A program made the translations under genes and the position numbers. From Marsupella aquatica (taxonomy: Eukaryota; Plantae; Marchantiophyta): 64,000 nucleotides of DNA. The stretch's first letter is position 1. Every line of letters starts with the position of its first letter. Under the pieces are notes generated by a model. That model was given only the letters and a program-made list of their open reading frames with translations, was not told the origin of the DNA and searched no databases. Where the stretch lies: assembly GCA_973895155.1 (NCBI GenBank), contig OZ316894.1:22291867-22355866 (forward strand), read 5' to 3'. Below, in pieces: positions 23,234 through 36,639 of this stretch.

Positions 23234-24070
23234 ACCGCACGTTAAATCTACACCCCAGAAATGCTCCCCAATTTTCTTGGGGCCCCGTACACTGCCCGTC
23301 CCAGTTCCCAATGTTGCTCCTCGATCCGGCCCGAGTTTGCCAGAACATAAAATAAGACTCTATCATTTTGTCACCCGCTCCAGCCCGATTAATATTGTGC
23401 CATCGACTTTAGGTTTATGTGTTGGCACCCTTCAATTTTTGTCGCTCGCTCCGGCCTGATCAACTTTGTGCCATCAACTTCTTCCTTGTGGAGTTGTGGT
23501 TTATGTTTTGGCAACATTTTTGTCTAATAAATTAAGTCATGCCCGGCTAGGGAGTCATGCTTGCTTCGTAAGAGAGTCTAAGTGTTCAAGTACAGCCTAG
23601 TACTTTGGTTAAGAATCATGATTGATAGAGTCTTGGTTATTGTTCTGCCAAATGTTTCTTTTCTATGGAGTTGTGGTTCTTGTTCTGGCAACAGTTCTTT
23701 CCAATGGAATCATCTTTGTTTCATAATAGAGTCTAAGTGTTCAGGCAAAGCCTGGTACTTTGCATGAGAGTCATGATAAATGATAGAGTATTGGTTTATG
23801 TTGTGACAAACTTGGACCGGAGCAGGCAACAATAATGGGGACTTGGGCTGGAGTGGGCGAAAGCAAGTGAAGGGTGCCAGAACACAAACTCAAACTCGAT
23901 GGCACAAAGTTGGTCAAGCCGGGGCATGTGACAATATGGTAGAGTTTTGGTTTATGTTCTGGCAAACTTGAGCCGGAGCGGGCAATAACATCGGGGACTG
24001 GGACGGGCATTGTACGGGGTCCCAATAAGATCGGGGAGCATTAATGTAGTGTAGATTTAATGTGCGGTAC
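23234..24070. mobile_element. Foldback-like element with imperfect inverted arms of about 230 bp built from internal subrepeats
   Basis: Arms at about 23234-23460 and 23845-24070 are reverse-complement homologs. The ORF track shows mirrored peptides GPRTLPVPVPNV..SLPEHK (+) and GPRTMPVPVPDV..SLPEHK (-). Confidence 0.75.
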
Positions 24071-24512
24071 TTGGTGGCACTCACTTGCCATGTCCTCCAC
24101 ATGACTCCGCAGCCCTCGTTCTATCCTTCTAGCCTCCGCATGAAATTTCAGTTCCCGACACGACTCTCCTATGCTCAACAAGCAGTGGGGGATGCCCTGG
24201 ATGAACATGCCATATGGCAGGAGAAGCCTAGATAATGTAAAAACAATTCCCTGCTCCTGCCATCTCCATATATTGAGAGTTCCTTCTCTCATTCATGCCC
24301 GGGTGAGCTTGCTGTGTGGACTTGAACATGCCCAGTGCAAACTAGGGGCCATTTTTTAATGTGTGATTTTTGATGCACTGGTGGGGTATGTGACCATGGC
24401 GTCCGTTTAGCGAGCTTCAGTGGAAATGCTAGAAGAATTTTCTGAAATGACTACACTTCAATAAAGGGATTGATGACCCCACTTGGTAATAATGTGTGAT
24501 AATATAGTATCT

Positions 24513-24744
24513 GCACTCATTGATTTAAAAAAATAATAAGATATATCATGGTATGGAGGGATGTCATATATATTATATTTTGATGTCACCCAAATACCAC
24601 CCCACATGTGCATTTACTCTCACTGGCAGCACTCATTGATTTAAAAAAATAATAAGATATATCATGGTATGGAGGGATGTCATATATATTATATTTTGAT
24701 GTCACCCAAATACCACCCCACATGTGCATTTACTCTCACTGGCA
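24513..24744 (+). repeat. Perfect 116-bp tandem duplication
   Basis: 24513-24628 is identical to 24629-24744 by eye. Confidence 0.95.
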
Positions 24745-26124
24745 CAGTGCTTGATATGTAGGATTGGAAGAGACCATACTTTGATGCCTTGGGCTCCTAC
24801 AGTAGTTCTTCTAAAGCCAACTGCAGCCTTTTCACTCACTAGAGGCATCCTTTTCCGCTCATTAGACAATCCAGATTTATATTCAGAGTGAATTTAATAA
24901 AAGAAGTCAATGACTTGTGATCTTTCTTGCTTGCTCGTGTGAAACCTTCTCCCAACCAAATTATCATAAAAACCAAGTGTCACCAAGTCATTTCTTGTAA
25001 AGGCACCGTGAGATGAGCAAGTGAGAAAGGTTCATAAGAAATTCCATGGAGTAATGATATCTAAAAGTGCCATGTCATCACCTAATTGGTTAAATCAGGG
25101 TTATTTATTTATTAAGTTTGTGAGGGTACGTAATTATTGTAAAAAGTCCAAAACGGTTGCATGTGAGGAGGTGCCTCCAAACTATGTAGAGGCGTGCTAA
25201 ACTGTCTAATATAATGAATTATATGAATGCGACAAGCTAAGTGAAGACTAACACATCCCCGGCCTTGAATGGAGTTACTGAATATAAAACTATTTAGTGA
25301 ATTTGGAAAAATGATTGTCACGGCCCTGATCCATGAGTCCCGGTAGTTGCACCAGCAGGGCTGATCCATGAGTGACACAGATTTAAATTAGGGAATCCCC
25401 TCGTGAGGCACTTATGGCTTATAAGCTTAATGCAAATACAAGTAACTATACAACTGGGAGATACACAAGGAGATTGAGTTTATGATGGCCATCTATGAAA
25501 TTCAATGCATAATTATTGTGAATAATTACATGCCATCTCCTTCTTCCCAAAGCTTCCTGGTGAATAGATCTAGGCTATCCGTTGTTTTGGGAAAATAGGA
25601 TCCAAAACCGAGATCCAAAAGTAACACTCTTCCGTTGCATGAAAAAGGTCAGGTGGGTCCATTTTGGTGGTTGGAAGCCAGGGACAACCATTTTGGAAGG
25701 TTGCTATTATTCCCTGGCACACTAGGGTGCCGTCACAAGACATAGGGAGTTTTTATCTACTAAATCTGGACCACTTAGTAAGTGGGGAAGGTTAGATCTG
25801 GCTTTCCAAAAGTGGAAGGTTGGATCTGGCTTTCCAAAAGTTAGGGGCCACTCAGATATGGTTTACCCATTATACATGACAAACACTACATGAAAATTAT
25901 AAATATGCGTGCTTATTTATTTGGAATTTTAGACCACATCCTGGATCCTTCATCCAAACCATTCAATGGGTAAAAATGACTCTAATTTGCTTATCATGTA
26001 TTGTAAGAATGCGCTAATCTCTTGGTTATTATATGACATGAGCCGTATGCCAGTGTGTTGCACTATGCAAGGAGGGCCGGCCCATATCAGAGGGAGCATT
26101 TGTGAGGGGGGATTGTCCATAATC

Positions 26125-26450
26125 GAAGGGAGGGAGGGAATTGCTAAGGTCGAGGGGGTTTGCAAGGAAGGGAGGGAATGATGAGGCACGGAGGGGAGGG
26201 GAGGGGAGGGGAGGGACTGATGGAGGCTTGGGGGAGCATTCGCAACAGAGGGAATGATGAGGCACGGAGGGGAGGGGATGGACTGATGGAGGCATGGGGG
26301 GGAGTATTCGCGAGGGAGGGAGGGACTGATGAGGCATCATTATCCCCTCATTGATGGAGACACAAGGGTCTGGCGCGAGGCACGTATTCGCAAGGCACAT
26401 ATTCGCGAGGCACATATTTGCAAGGCAGGCGTAGGCGCAAGGCAGGCATA
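26125..26450 (+). repeat. Purine/G-rich tandem repeats (GGGAATGATGAGGCACGGAGGGG...; GC(G/A)AGGCAC(G/A)TATT x3)
   Basis: Directly visible iterated units. Confidence 0.8.
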
Positions 26451-27327
26451 GAGGGACCGGATGGTATTGTCGGGAGTGGAAGTCCACGCGAGTAAATCAA
26501 ACGGATATGATAAATCCAGTCAAATATCTAATGGCCAATCTTGATTCCCATCGATATTGGATTTTGTAATGGGACAAAGGACAAAAATGGCGGGATTCTC
26601 TATTATAGTTGTAGATTGTCAGATATAATGGCCCCCGAAACCAGGACCTTAGCCAAAGGCTTTAGGGTCTTATATCTGACAGTTTCTGTAACTAGGACAA
26701 TCAAATATGTAGAGTGACTTTTGGGAACAGAAAAGAAAAAATGAACTATGAAAGAGGTGGAAAAAAATCAAAAGGCCATCAATGGAAGAATTTGTTGGCA
26801 GCCATGTAATTGGTTTGAAAACCTGGAAGTTGGGGGGGCGTGGCGTGGGGGGTCACTATATGGAGGGTTATGTATCGCGTGCAAAGGTGTGCATCCACCT
26901 AATTCAATTTATATAAAGTTGCACGGCACCAACCACATCATGACACACATGCATCAAGACATGCAATTTGCAATTAAACAACCCTATATTTCCATTGACA
27001 AATTATTTTTCTTCCTTTTTGCAATAGGAAAAATCACCCACTGCTGGTTGACTTAACACTATCACACCCGCTATCATGTACAGTGATTATATTTGATCAA
27101 TCTAAAACCTTTCTTACCAAACAATGTCTTTATTGCATCCCATGCAGCCATCCTGGACCATGGTGCCCGTCTTATTCATGCTCTGTCATTATCTCTTAAG
27201 TTTTCGATTGCCCTCATGCCCGCGCATAGAGATTGAACAAAGTCTAGAGTTCATGTTCCATCCACAAGAATTGGCATTAGCTGGAGAGGGACTGGGGGGT
27301 TCACTTCCCTTAATATTCAAAAGTAGA

Positions 27328-28068
27328 GGAAAGTGAAGCTCGGATGGACCTCCATGTTGGACAAAGTGCTCCCATAGACCACATTTTGGTGGTCCATGGT
27401 AGTTCTGGGCTTATAACTTGATTATGAGTCTTAAGATAATTTTTAAGTTTCCACTTGCAAGGCAACCACAGAACAAGGAGGAAGAAAAAAAACACAATCC
27501 TTAATCTTCCATATTAACGCATAAAAATAAATCTACTAGAACTTACCTTTTACATTCTATCGTGAATAACTCAACCAAAACGGCCAAATTAAAATTAGTC
27601 GTAAGTTTGATGGAAGTACAGCTTACCTACTAACTCCTCTGCATACTCAAAAAATTATCTGCATTTATGAGCATCGAGTTATGATTGAATTTAACTCAAA
27701 CTTTGGAAAATGTCATACATGGGGCGTTTCAGAAGACCAATGTTCATTGTGGTCCAAGGGAGCATCATTTTCAAAATAGATGTGCAAGAGGAGTAGGTAA
27801 GCTACACTTCCATCAAGTGACAATCATTTATTGGCCATTTTGGTTGAGTTATTCATCCTATGCAGAGGGGTAAATTCTATTAGATTAATTTTCATTGTGT
27901 TAATATAAAATATCTGGGCTAACTTGTGTTTATTTTTTCTCCTCCTTTTCTAGTTGTCTTGCCCTTGATTTAAGACTCATAATCATTAAATTGTAAGCCC
28001 AAAACTCCAAAATGTGGTTCACTAGAGCACTCTGTCTAACATAGACATCCATCTGGGCTTTACTTTCC
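27328..28068. mobile_element. Old MITE/foldback element with diverged inverted arms of about 250 bp
   Basis: 27328-27593 (..ACCACATTTTGG..GGGCTTA..GATTATGAGTCTTAA..TGAATAACTCAACCAAAA.GGCCAA) is the reverse complement of 27826-28068. Confidence 0.78.
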
Positions 28069-28445
28069 ACAATGCCCTGACTCCTCCAAACTTCCCACAA
28101 CCTCCTCCACCAAAGAAGGGGAGAATGATTAATTCAGTATATACATTAATAAATCACAAAAGTCTTTCCGTATATGTTTAAGTTTGGCTGCTATCCCTTT
28201 GTGGGATATTATAGTCAACCTTATGAGGTGGATCCGCAGGGAGACCATATACATGTATGAGATCTATGTATTATCTTATGAAGGGATAAGTGGCCCATGT
28301 TAACATTAGGTTAAAGTTGTCAAACATTGATAAATCATCGTTTGCTATCTGTAAGGACAGTTTCCTAAATACCCAACAACTGCCTTGGCAAACACAGTCA
28401 CTGTGCTGGGTTTCGGTAACTACATAATTATCAAAATATGACATA

Positions 28446-29800
28446 CTAGCTCAATACCCGTGCGTTGCACAAAAGAAGTCATGTCGGCCAAGATGTCGTT
28501 GAGAAAAAAAGATGTCGTGTCGGCCAAGAGGTCGTTGAGAGAAAAGATGTAGTGTCAGCCAAGAGGTTGTGGAGAGAAAAAGATGTTGTGTCGGCCAAGA
28601 GGTCATGGAGAGAAAAGATGTAGTGTCGGCCAAGAGGTCGTGGAGAAAAAAGATGTAGTGTCGGCCAAGAGGTCATGGAGAGAAAAGATGTTGTGTCGGC
28701 CAAGAGGTCGTTGAGAGAAAAGAAGTCGTTGAGAAAAAAAGATGGCCAAGAGGTCGTTAAGAGAAAAGAAGTCATTGAGGAAAAAATTTGTCATGTCGGT
28801 CAAGAGGTCGTTGAGAAAGAAGATGTCATGTTGGCCAAGATGTTGTCAAGAAAACAATTGTCATGTTGGCCAAGATGTCGTTGAGAAAAAATATGTCGTG
28901 TCAGCAAAGACATCATTGAGGGAAAAGATGTCATGTTAGCCAAGACATCGTTGAGGGAAAATACCCATGCATTGCACAAAAGATGTCCTTGAAGTCATTT
29001 TGCCAAAGATGCCATTATGTGAAAGATGTTGATAAGAAAAATGTGTCATTTTGCCAAAGATACCGTGAAGTAAAAGATAATATAAAGGAAAAAAGGTGTT
29101 GTTTCATCCAAGTTGTCATTATGTGAAAGATGTTATGAAGTAAAAAGTCAAGGAGAGAAGGAGCAGCCAAGTCTTTTTCTTTGTTTGTATTTTACCCAAA
29201 ATGCCCTTGCATTTGAATGGCGACCACTCTATACATTGGCGCAATGTTATATTATCGGTTTCAGGTTTAAGGTTTTAGGGTTTAGCAAAGATGACCATTT
29301 TATCGCTATCCTTTCAATCCCCGTGCGTTGCATAAAAGATGTTGTTTGGTTAAAGATGTTGTTGAGAAATAGCTCATGGTGCAAAAGATATCATTGAATA
29401 AAAAATTGCACAAAACTTTTTGTTGAATGAAAGATATCATTGTGCAAAATACTGGCCACGGCAGCCACAAAAGTTCCCTTTTTCTTTTTTCTCCTTGCAC
29501 AAAAAAATTCTTTGAATAAAAGACGTTATTGCACAAACCACTGGCTATGACAACCACAAAAGTATAACAAAATGAGAGGTGTTTTTCCCCCCTTTTAAAC
29601 TTTTTTTCCTCTTATGTTCCTTTTAAACCTTAACCTCCCCTTTTCCCCATTTCACCATCACTCCACTCGCTCGCCGCCCCCTCCCTCCCCACCCGTGCGC
29701 GACTGGAGCCCTTCGAGGGGCTGCCTTACATTGCAAGTGTGCCCCTCGCCCGACAACTTGCCATCAACGTCCGTGTCATGCGTTTCACTATGTCTTTGGG
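28446..29800 (-). mobile_element. Non-autonomous Helitron-like element carrying an internal satellite; 3' end at 28446
   Basis: The minus strand ends GTGCAACGCACGGGTATTGAGCTAG|T, a typical plant Helitron subterminal hairpin plus CTAG-T. A related element lies at 61850-62246. The 5' end is not defined. Confidence 0.68.
28475..28960 (+). repeat. Tandem satellite of about 34 bp (GTGTCGGCCAAGAGGTCGTGGAGAGAAAAGATGTA), more than 10 copies, decaying rightward
   Basis: Directly visible. It produces the repetitive pseudo-ORFs in the track. Confidence 0.95.
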
Positions 29801-31592
29801 CCTTATTACTGTTGTTTTTTGGCATTGAAAATGATAGTGCAAATGACTCTAAAAATCACCACAAATATTGGGAGAACAATTTTTTATTTATCAAGTGCCT
29901 AAAATATTATTAGCAATTAAACTCCTCTTATCACTATTATACAAAACTATGTTGCACATAATATTGAATATGTATAATACTCTGAGTATGTATAATACGG
30001 ATCATGGAGGCCTGGAGGGAGTATCCTCCTTGATCCTTGTGCATTGATTGTCGTGCATTAATTAAAGTCTTTCACTTTTTGGGGTGCCTCGTGTGATTAT
30101 TGGCTTGTCTAATGGTGTAACTTTTTGTGTCACACTAAACTCAATCCACATTTTGATTTTATTATTTACCTTTGATCACATTTTTAAATTTTTATGCCCT
30201 TCAAATTTGAATGACGACCACTCTAAAAAGTGACGCAACTATGTATTATACTTTAGGATACTGTGTGACAATACTTCATATGATGATAAATTTTGTTATT
30301 TTATTTAGATCATTGAGTACACACCTTATATTAACACATTTTGAGGTGTGATTAGTGGCACGGCCCTGTGCTAGGACACTGTATATTTATAAGGTTCGTT
30401 TTTTATGAGGCAGAATCGAAAAGAAAAGTGCTGATGTGTCAAGGTATGAGTGAACAAGAAAGAATGAAAGACTATACGACCTTAATTTAATTTAAGTGAC
30501 TATAAATTGCATGCGCTAATGTATGGCTCCGGTTTTTCGTGTCATTCATTGCAAAAGTGCCATCGCCTCAAAGTCGGGTTGTGAGCAGAGAAATTTTAGT
30601 CCCCCTCTGCATTCGTAGAAGGTCTCCGTTACTTTGTGGCGCATTCTTCGGTCGGCAGCACCGATGGAATGATGATACCCACAGACGCTGTCACGAAATC
30701 GCCCCTCCCACTTTCGGATCGATCACGTGTTGCCCGTCTCCTGTACTCCGCAGTCGCCGATGAATCTCAGTGTCTCATGGTGGCTCTCCAGTCCCTCAAT
30801 GTCTCCTCTCATGTCCTCTCGTGTCACAATTATAGGAATCCTGTACAGTCCTTTCTACCTTCCGTTACGTACCACAAAACTTTTGAGGATTGCTCGTTGC
30901 ATCGCTAATTATCCTCCTGCTCTGTGAGTTCCTCCTCTAATTTGCTTGTTCTGAACAAGCTGGCTGGAGGGCGTAGCTTGACTGTGAATTTTAAGATTTT
31001 CAGTCCCGGAGAGCTTCACTGGATGTCGTTGAGTCCGCGGAAAAACATCAGCCGTGAGTCGAGATGGATACCATTGCAAGCAGATGCAGGATATGATTGA
31101 AAAACATAATTGAATGTGGTTTCTGCTGAATTACCTCACCGTCTCTTCGTTGGGATATGGAGATCGATGATGACAGACTTATGATCATTAGGGTGTTAAT
31201 TTTATCATGCCGTAATTTCAGTGTTACCTTTTCGCATTGCTCCCCATGAAATTACAGGAGTTCAGATCTTCCAAAAAGCAACTTCTTCCCGGTAAACCCG
31301 CAATGAAATTACACTGGGCCAGATCGCATAGTCAATCAGTCGTCAAGTCGGGGTTAGCGGCAAGCAATTTGGAATCGCAGATCTATCATGCCCGCGTTTC
31401 TTGTTACTCCGCCAAGATGCTTGTTGTTGTCAACCAATCCAGTCAGACTCCAACTGTCTATGCGCTTACTCTCTAATCGTCCGGAGGCAATGTTTATTGT
31501 GGACTCCCTAATCCTCCGCAACGGAAACGCTGGTGACCTATGGAGATGCCAATTTGTTCTGGGCGAAACAGAGGATATTGACTCTGAAAAAA

Positions 31593-31686
31593 AGACCTAG
31601 GTAGCCATAAAGTAGACGTGCTAGATCTGGCCACTCTGACAAAAAGACCTAGGCAGCCATAAATTCGACGTGCTAGATCTGGCCAC
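31593..31686 (+). repeat. Short direct repeat, 2 copies of about 42 bp (AAGACCTAGG.AGCCATAAA...GACGTGCTAGATCTGGCCAC)
   Basis: Directly visible. Confidence 0.85.
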
Positions 31687-34600
31687 GCAGCGCACGCTTC
31701 AGGAGTGTGTATTGCAAGAACCCAGAGTAGAGTCTGCTTGGCCAGTGTGGTATCATATTGTTCGAGGGTTTTCTTCGTCATTTGACCCCAAATATATGCT
31801 GAGCCAGACTCCATGGTCTTGAACGTCAAAAGAACTTGCGGTTACAATGGGTCCTGAGGCACACCGTTGGAACACCTTTCCAATATCCCTCGCGTTGAGA
31901 GCATTTCATTCCCGAACGTTTGCTAGAAGGGTCTTGTTGTGAGTAGACACCAGTTCAGAGTGTTTCCATACGGACAATGTAATACACTGTTTTGCTGCCA
32001 CTGCGTAAGTTTAGGTGTGGCGATTGTCTTTACTTAAACCTTGCCACTCTGGTAGAAACTTGTGTTTGCTGGTGAAGTAAGCCTCACTTGAAGCATATAT
32101 CAATTTCATACTCAACTGAATTAAGCCCCATTAAATATTTATTGCAGTTCTTCGTCAAGGATTTGGAGTTGGATGCAGGCTCCTTCTACTAGAGCTAAGA
32201 CTGCACTGTACAATACAACATGTCCACAGCAGACTGAGTGCGAACAGGTTGTGTCAAATGAACGGATGAAACCGAACCTGGTTTATATGATTTCAATCTA
32301 GCGCAAACAAGCTTCAAATTATGATTTCCGTTTTAGCTGTGACTCATTCTAATTTCCTAAGCTTAGAATCGTCGCTTCTCTGCCGAACAGCTGGCTTAAT
32401 TTGGAGAACCGGCAGTGCAACACTTGACATGCCTCATCAAAGAAACTCAAGATGAAGTGATTGACTCTCAATAACGGCCTTCATCCTTCAAAGAGTTTAT
32501 TATTTAGAAACTTGGATGAGACCCTTCTGATTATCGGATTAATGTAGTAATCTTGTACGCTTTGAATCAATAAAATCAACAGAATTAATCTCCAGACATG
32601 TTTTTTTTCCCCTTTTTTCTTAAAAGCATCAGCATACAACCAGGAGTGTATACTGGGAGGGCCCAGTAAATAACAACAGCTTGAAAGTTCTGCCATATGG
32701 CCTTTGTCAGAACGTAAGGATCAGGTGAATCGGACGAAGAGCATACAGGAAGAGCCAACTTGCCTGATCAACAGGTACGCTGACAAACCAACTGAGCATA
32801 AGACTGACCAGTGCTGCGATCAAGAAAGTTCAATAAACCAAGACTTCAGTAATCAACACCGAGACCAAACATTTGTTTACTGTAACATTGTTTGGCCAGT
32901 ACGAGGAAAGTCAAATGCTGCTCAATTGAGAAAGAGCAGGACAAACACTTACGCTTCATCCAAATAGGGTATGTAGCTGCTTTCTGTCTTTACCGAACCA
33001 GGATGAATATTGTTTACTGTAACATTGTTAACACCTTCACCCTGCTCCCAGTGATGGTCATCAAATAAGTACCAATTAAAATTAAGGATCTCACCACAGT
33101 TTACTCAAAAGCGCTGTCACGGAATTCATATCATTCCAATAGGAACTAGCGACTGAATTGATTTTGACAAAACTGCGATTTGTAACTGGCTTGATGTGTA
33201 GTACAAACTCACGCCTGAAACACTCAACATCTACAACTATAATAAGTGATCCCGCCTTTTTTCGTCCTTCATCCCGTTATAAAATACAGAATCGGCGGGA
33301 ATCAAAACTGGCCGTTAGATATTTTAGAGGATTTTTTAATCCATTCGATTCGATTACCACTTGCCCTCTCTTGCCTCTCAGCCCCCCCCCCCCCCGCCCT
33401 GTGGGCCAGCACTCATTGACCGTGCAAAAGCACGGGCATAGGGCTCGTTCAGCTATAATAAAACAGTATGTGCTCCTGATATGCCCCTATTTATGTGCAG
33501 GCTCTTGAAAAAGGAGACGCTTCGCCAGTTCCTTGGTGTGTTGAATTTGTGCTAAACTTTGACTCCCCGTAATGCTTCATAATCTTGATGTCTGCAAGAA
33601 CTAAATTATTATATCTCTTCTCCTCCGATACAATGTACCAATCGATTAAGTACTTTACAACTAGTACCCCAATAGAACTCTGGGTTAAATCTTGTAAAAT
33701 TGTCCTCTTGTCCTATAAATGTGCGCAATTTAACTCTCGCTTACAAGAAAATTCAAGCACCTTAGAGAATCAACAACTGCAAGCAAACCCCTCAAAAGCA
33801 CCAGTATAACCTTTCCAAGGAAAATACTAGTATAACCATAAATTCTGGCCCTCAGAAAAAGCGTTTTCCTGCCACGAGACAGCAAACTGATTTTGATACA
33901 TAGCAATTAGAGAAACTGTCAAATTGGGGATAAATTCGGTTTCCCTTACCCCTTTTTAACGTGTTTATCGCTTCTATCGATTCCATCGAGTTTAATGCCT
34001 TCGTCCTACACTGATATTTGGTGGGCAAGAGATGACACATTGAGAATCCTCCCTCAATCCAGATTGGCTGGGTGTCACTTACAGTAATGTAGAACGAAGC
34101 TTCACGGAAAGAGAGTGAGATATGACTGTATGACCCAAAAGCAAGAAGATTCATATGGTTGGGAGAGTGACATACAGCCATCTTTACTGGACTAGAGCAT
34201 TCTGTAGGCTGATAGCCAAATTCGCAATCACTGTAATATCAACAAGCTGCCTGAGTGGGCAGTAATGGATCTGTCCTGATTTGTGAATTCAAGCTAGAAC
34301 CCAGGCTCTTCTAAGTATGTGCCTACACGAGGTTTTCCGCTTCCAAGATATCTTAGGTTGTCTTACTTCCCAAGTAAGCAAACAGTCTTGGGTGCCTTCT
34401 ATAATAGTGAATCCCCTGAGCCAGGGAGGATCCGCTGCAGGAGAGGGACATGCATGGACTAGGGCAGCAACAACTAGGCCTGGTAAACAAAACACCTAAA
34501 GTAGGGGTTTTGAAGACATGGGGAGGAGCAACTTACAGGGCAGGCCAAGCATAGAACCCACGGGAAGACCTTTGCCCACATCAGTTAATATTTTTAATGC

Positions 34601-36475
34601 CATTTCTCATGATAGTAAGGAGACTGTATGTAAAACATTGCCAGGAACTAAGGACAGAGCCCTGTCTTCCCGTGCAAATTGCACCAGGATGCTAAAATCT
34701 TGGTCAAAATGGACTGGTTTGCCAAAGCAAGGCAATATTCAAAATTTCTACCACACTGCCAAAAAAACAGAGGTCCCAAAGGCAAAACCCCAATAAAGTA
34801 AGGGGAGAAAAGAGGAAGCTCACAGAGAGACCAAACAGGCCCCACAAACCCAGGAGATCAAGCCACAGCAATATATGTTCACTTAATTTGCAGTTTTCAA
34901 AACCAGTAGTCAGCTTTTTAGCTTTCATTCTACATGAAAGAGAGCTTTAATACTGACATTTATCTTTGATGCTAGATGAACAATTGCATTCAGCTTTTCA
35001 GCTTTTTTGCAATTCAGTAAGTCAGACTTGGTCCAGTCAGAAAGGTTATCATGGTCTCCTTGTCTCCTATTAATAATTTAAGTAGACAGTTTTTTCTATT
35101 TCAAAATCAGTTGGGAGGCCTGTCAAACCCTAACTTGTGTTAATTTGGTATTAAAACTAAGTCCAACCATACACCATCTAAATATCTAATCATTGTAATA
35201 TGCACGCCCAGAAAATGCCCCGGAAAATGCAACTGTATCCGTTTGTGCCGCTGCTCACATTTGCAACCCCATTTCCCATGATATGTCAGTCTGAAAAAAT
35301 GACCTTTGAAATCCTTTGGCCATAGGAATAGTTTTGGCAGGTATTTGAAGTGTCTTTTCTGGGAATTAATTTTTGTTACAGTTTGCCATACTTTAGGATT
35401 CTTCTCATTGAAATCTAATTTTCAAAATATAATTCAGACACCTCACGGATATAGAAAAAAATCTGTTAAGGCTGCTCGAGGACAATATAACTACTTAGTG
35501 TGTTCCACGATGGAACTGATATACTCTATATCATTAGAGATTTGCACTGTCACAGGATATACAGGTTACCTCTGACTTGCAAATTTAGTCATCGCTCCAC
35601 TTAACTTGTGCGAGTCATTAATAATTGACAAAGTTCACATGGACATATCTACTACTTAGGTTTGAGAAAATTCCTTACCAGAGTTCAGTACGTTTCTTGA
35701 AGAAATTTCAGATATCCCTTCATTTTTTCTTCGATCATTGGTCTTCTCTCTTAGTACAGGTTTCCTACCGTCCTCTCATTTCTCCATTTTAGTTTGCATG
35801 TACTTTGTTTGGTCTCAAAGTTGTATTTAATGATGTAATTTCCTTCGTTGCTTGCCATCTCAAAGTTGTCTAAGACGTGATCTCACAGTTGTCCAGAAGG
35901 GTTTCTCTGAATGTTGTAGAGGTTGTCTTTAGAGACCTACCATTCCAGCTGCCATCTTTGTTTGTACTTAGTTGGGTTAAGTAGTTAAGTAGCCTCCTTT
36001 TTCAAAAAATGTGCTCAGTGTCATGCCATCCTTTTGCTTGACATCTCATCGATACAGTCCAAGACGGTTCTTAAAATTGTTCAAAAGATGGCTCAGAATA
36101 TCCTACTTAAGAATCTCTCTTGTCTCTTCTCTTTTCATATAAAACTATTAGCTACTTTAAGGAAAGCTTTGTTATGCAATACATAGTTATATATATATAC
36201 TTGTTGCATTGTAGTTTTATTATAAGAAGCGCAAATAAAGAGTTCCAGGAGATATTACAACAATCACCTCACTCCCATGTTTGCCCTGGAGAGGACCTTA
36301 CCAACCAGGCTTTTCAGTCTGCTGCCCTGCCAGTAGGATTTTAGTTTGATGCTCGATCAGGTGTACTGCTCTAGTGCTTTACTATTAGTCCTTTTGCCCT
36401 TGCTGGTGACTCTTTAACTTATTTGGGTCTTTGGTCATCCTGGGATTCTCCCCTTGTTTTTTTGGACCTCCTTAA

Positions 36476-36639
36476 ACCACGCCTGCCCGTCAAAAGCTAT
36501 GGGTTACCAGTAACTACAGTCTTAAAAGTAGCTTTTTCCTAAAAGCATGGAACAACTGGCATGGTAGAGTCCGAGTAAAGTGAGAAAAAAGGGGGAGTTC
36601 TTGCATGGACATTTCCCCTTAAATATGGCTAGTGGTGGT
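36476..36639. mobile_element. About 164-bp MITE, copy 2 of the 11428 family, flanked by TTAA
   Basis: TTAA|ACCACGCCTGCCC.TCAAAAGCTA.GGGTTACC ... GGCTAGTGGTGGT|TTAA. Same length and internal motifs as 11428-11592. Confidence 0.78.

Noticed and set aside
28451-28939. Cluster of overlapping ORFs with repetitive peptides
   Set aside because: Artefacts of the 34-bp satellite. The head-to-tail units have no spacers, so this is not CRISPR either.
30539-32000. GC-richer stretch with short ORFs and possible splice signals
   Set aside because: I could not build a consistent exon chain or recognise a domain. It may be a lncRNA or a decayed gene.
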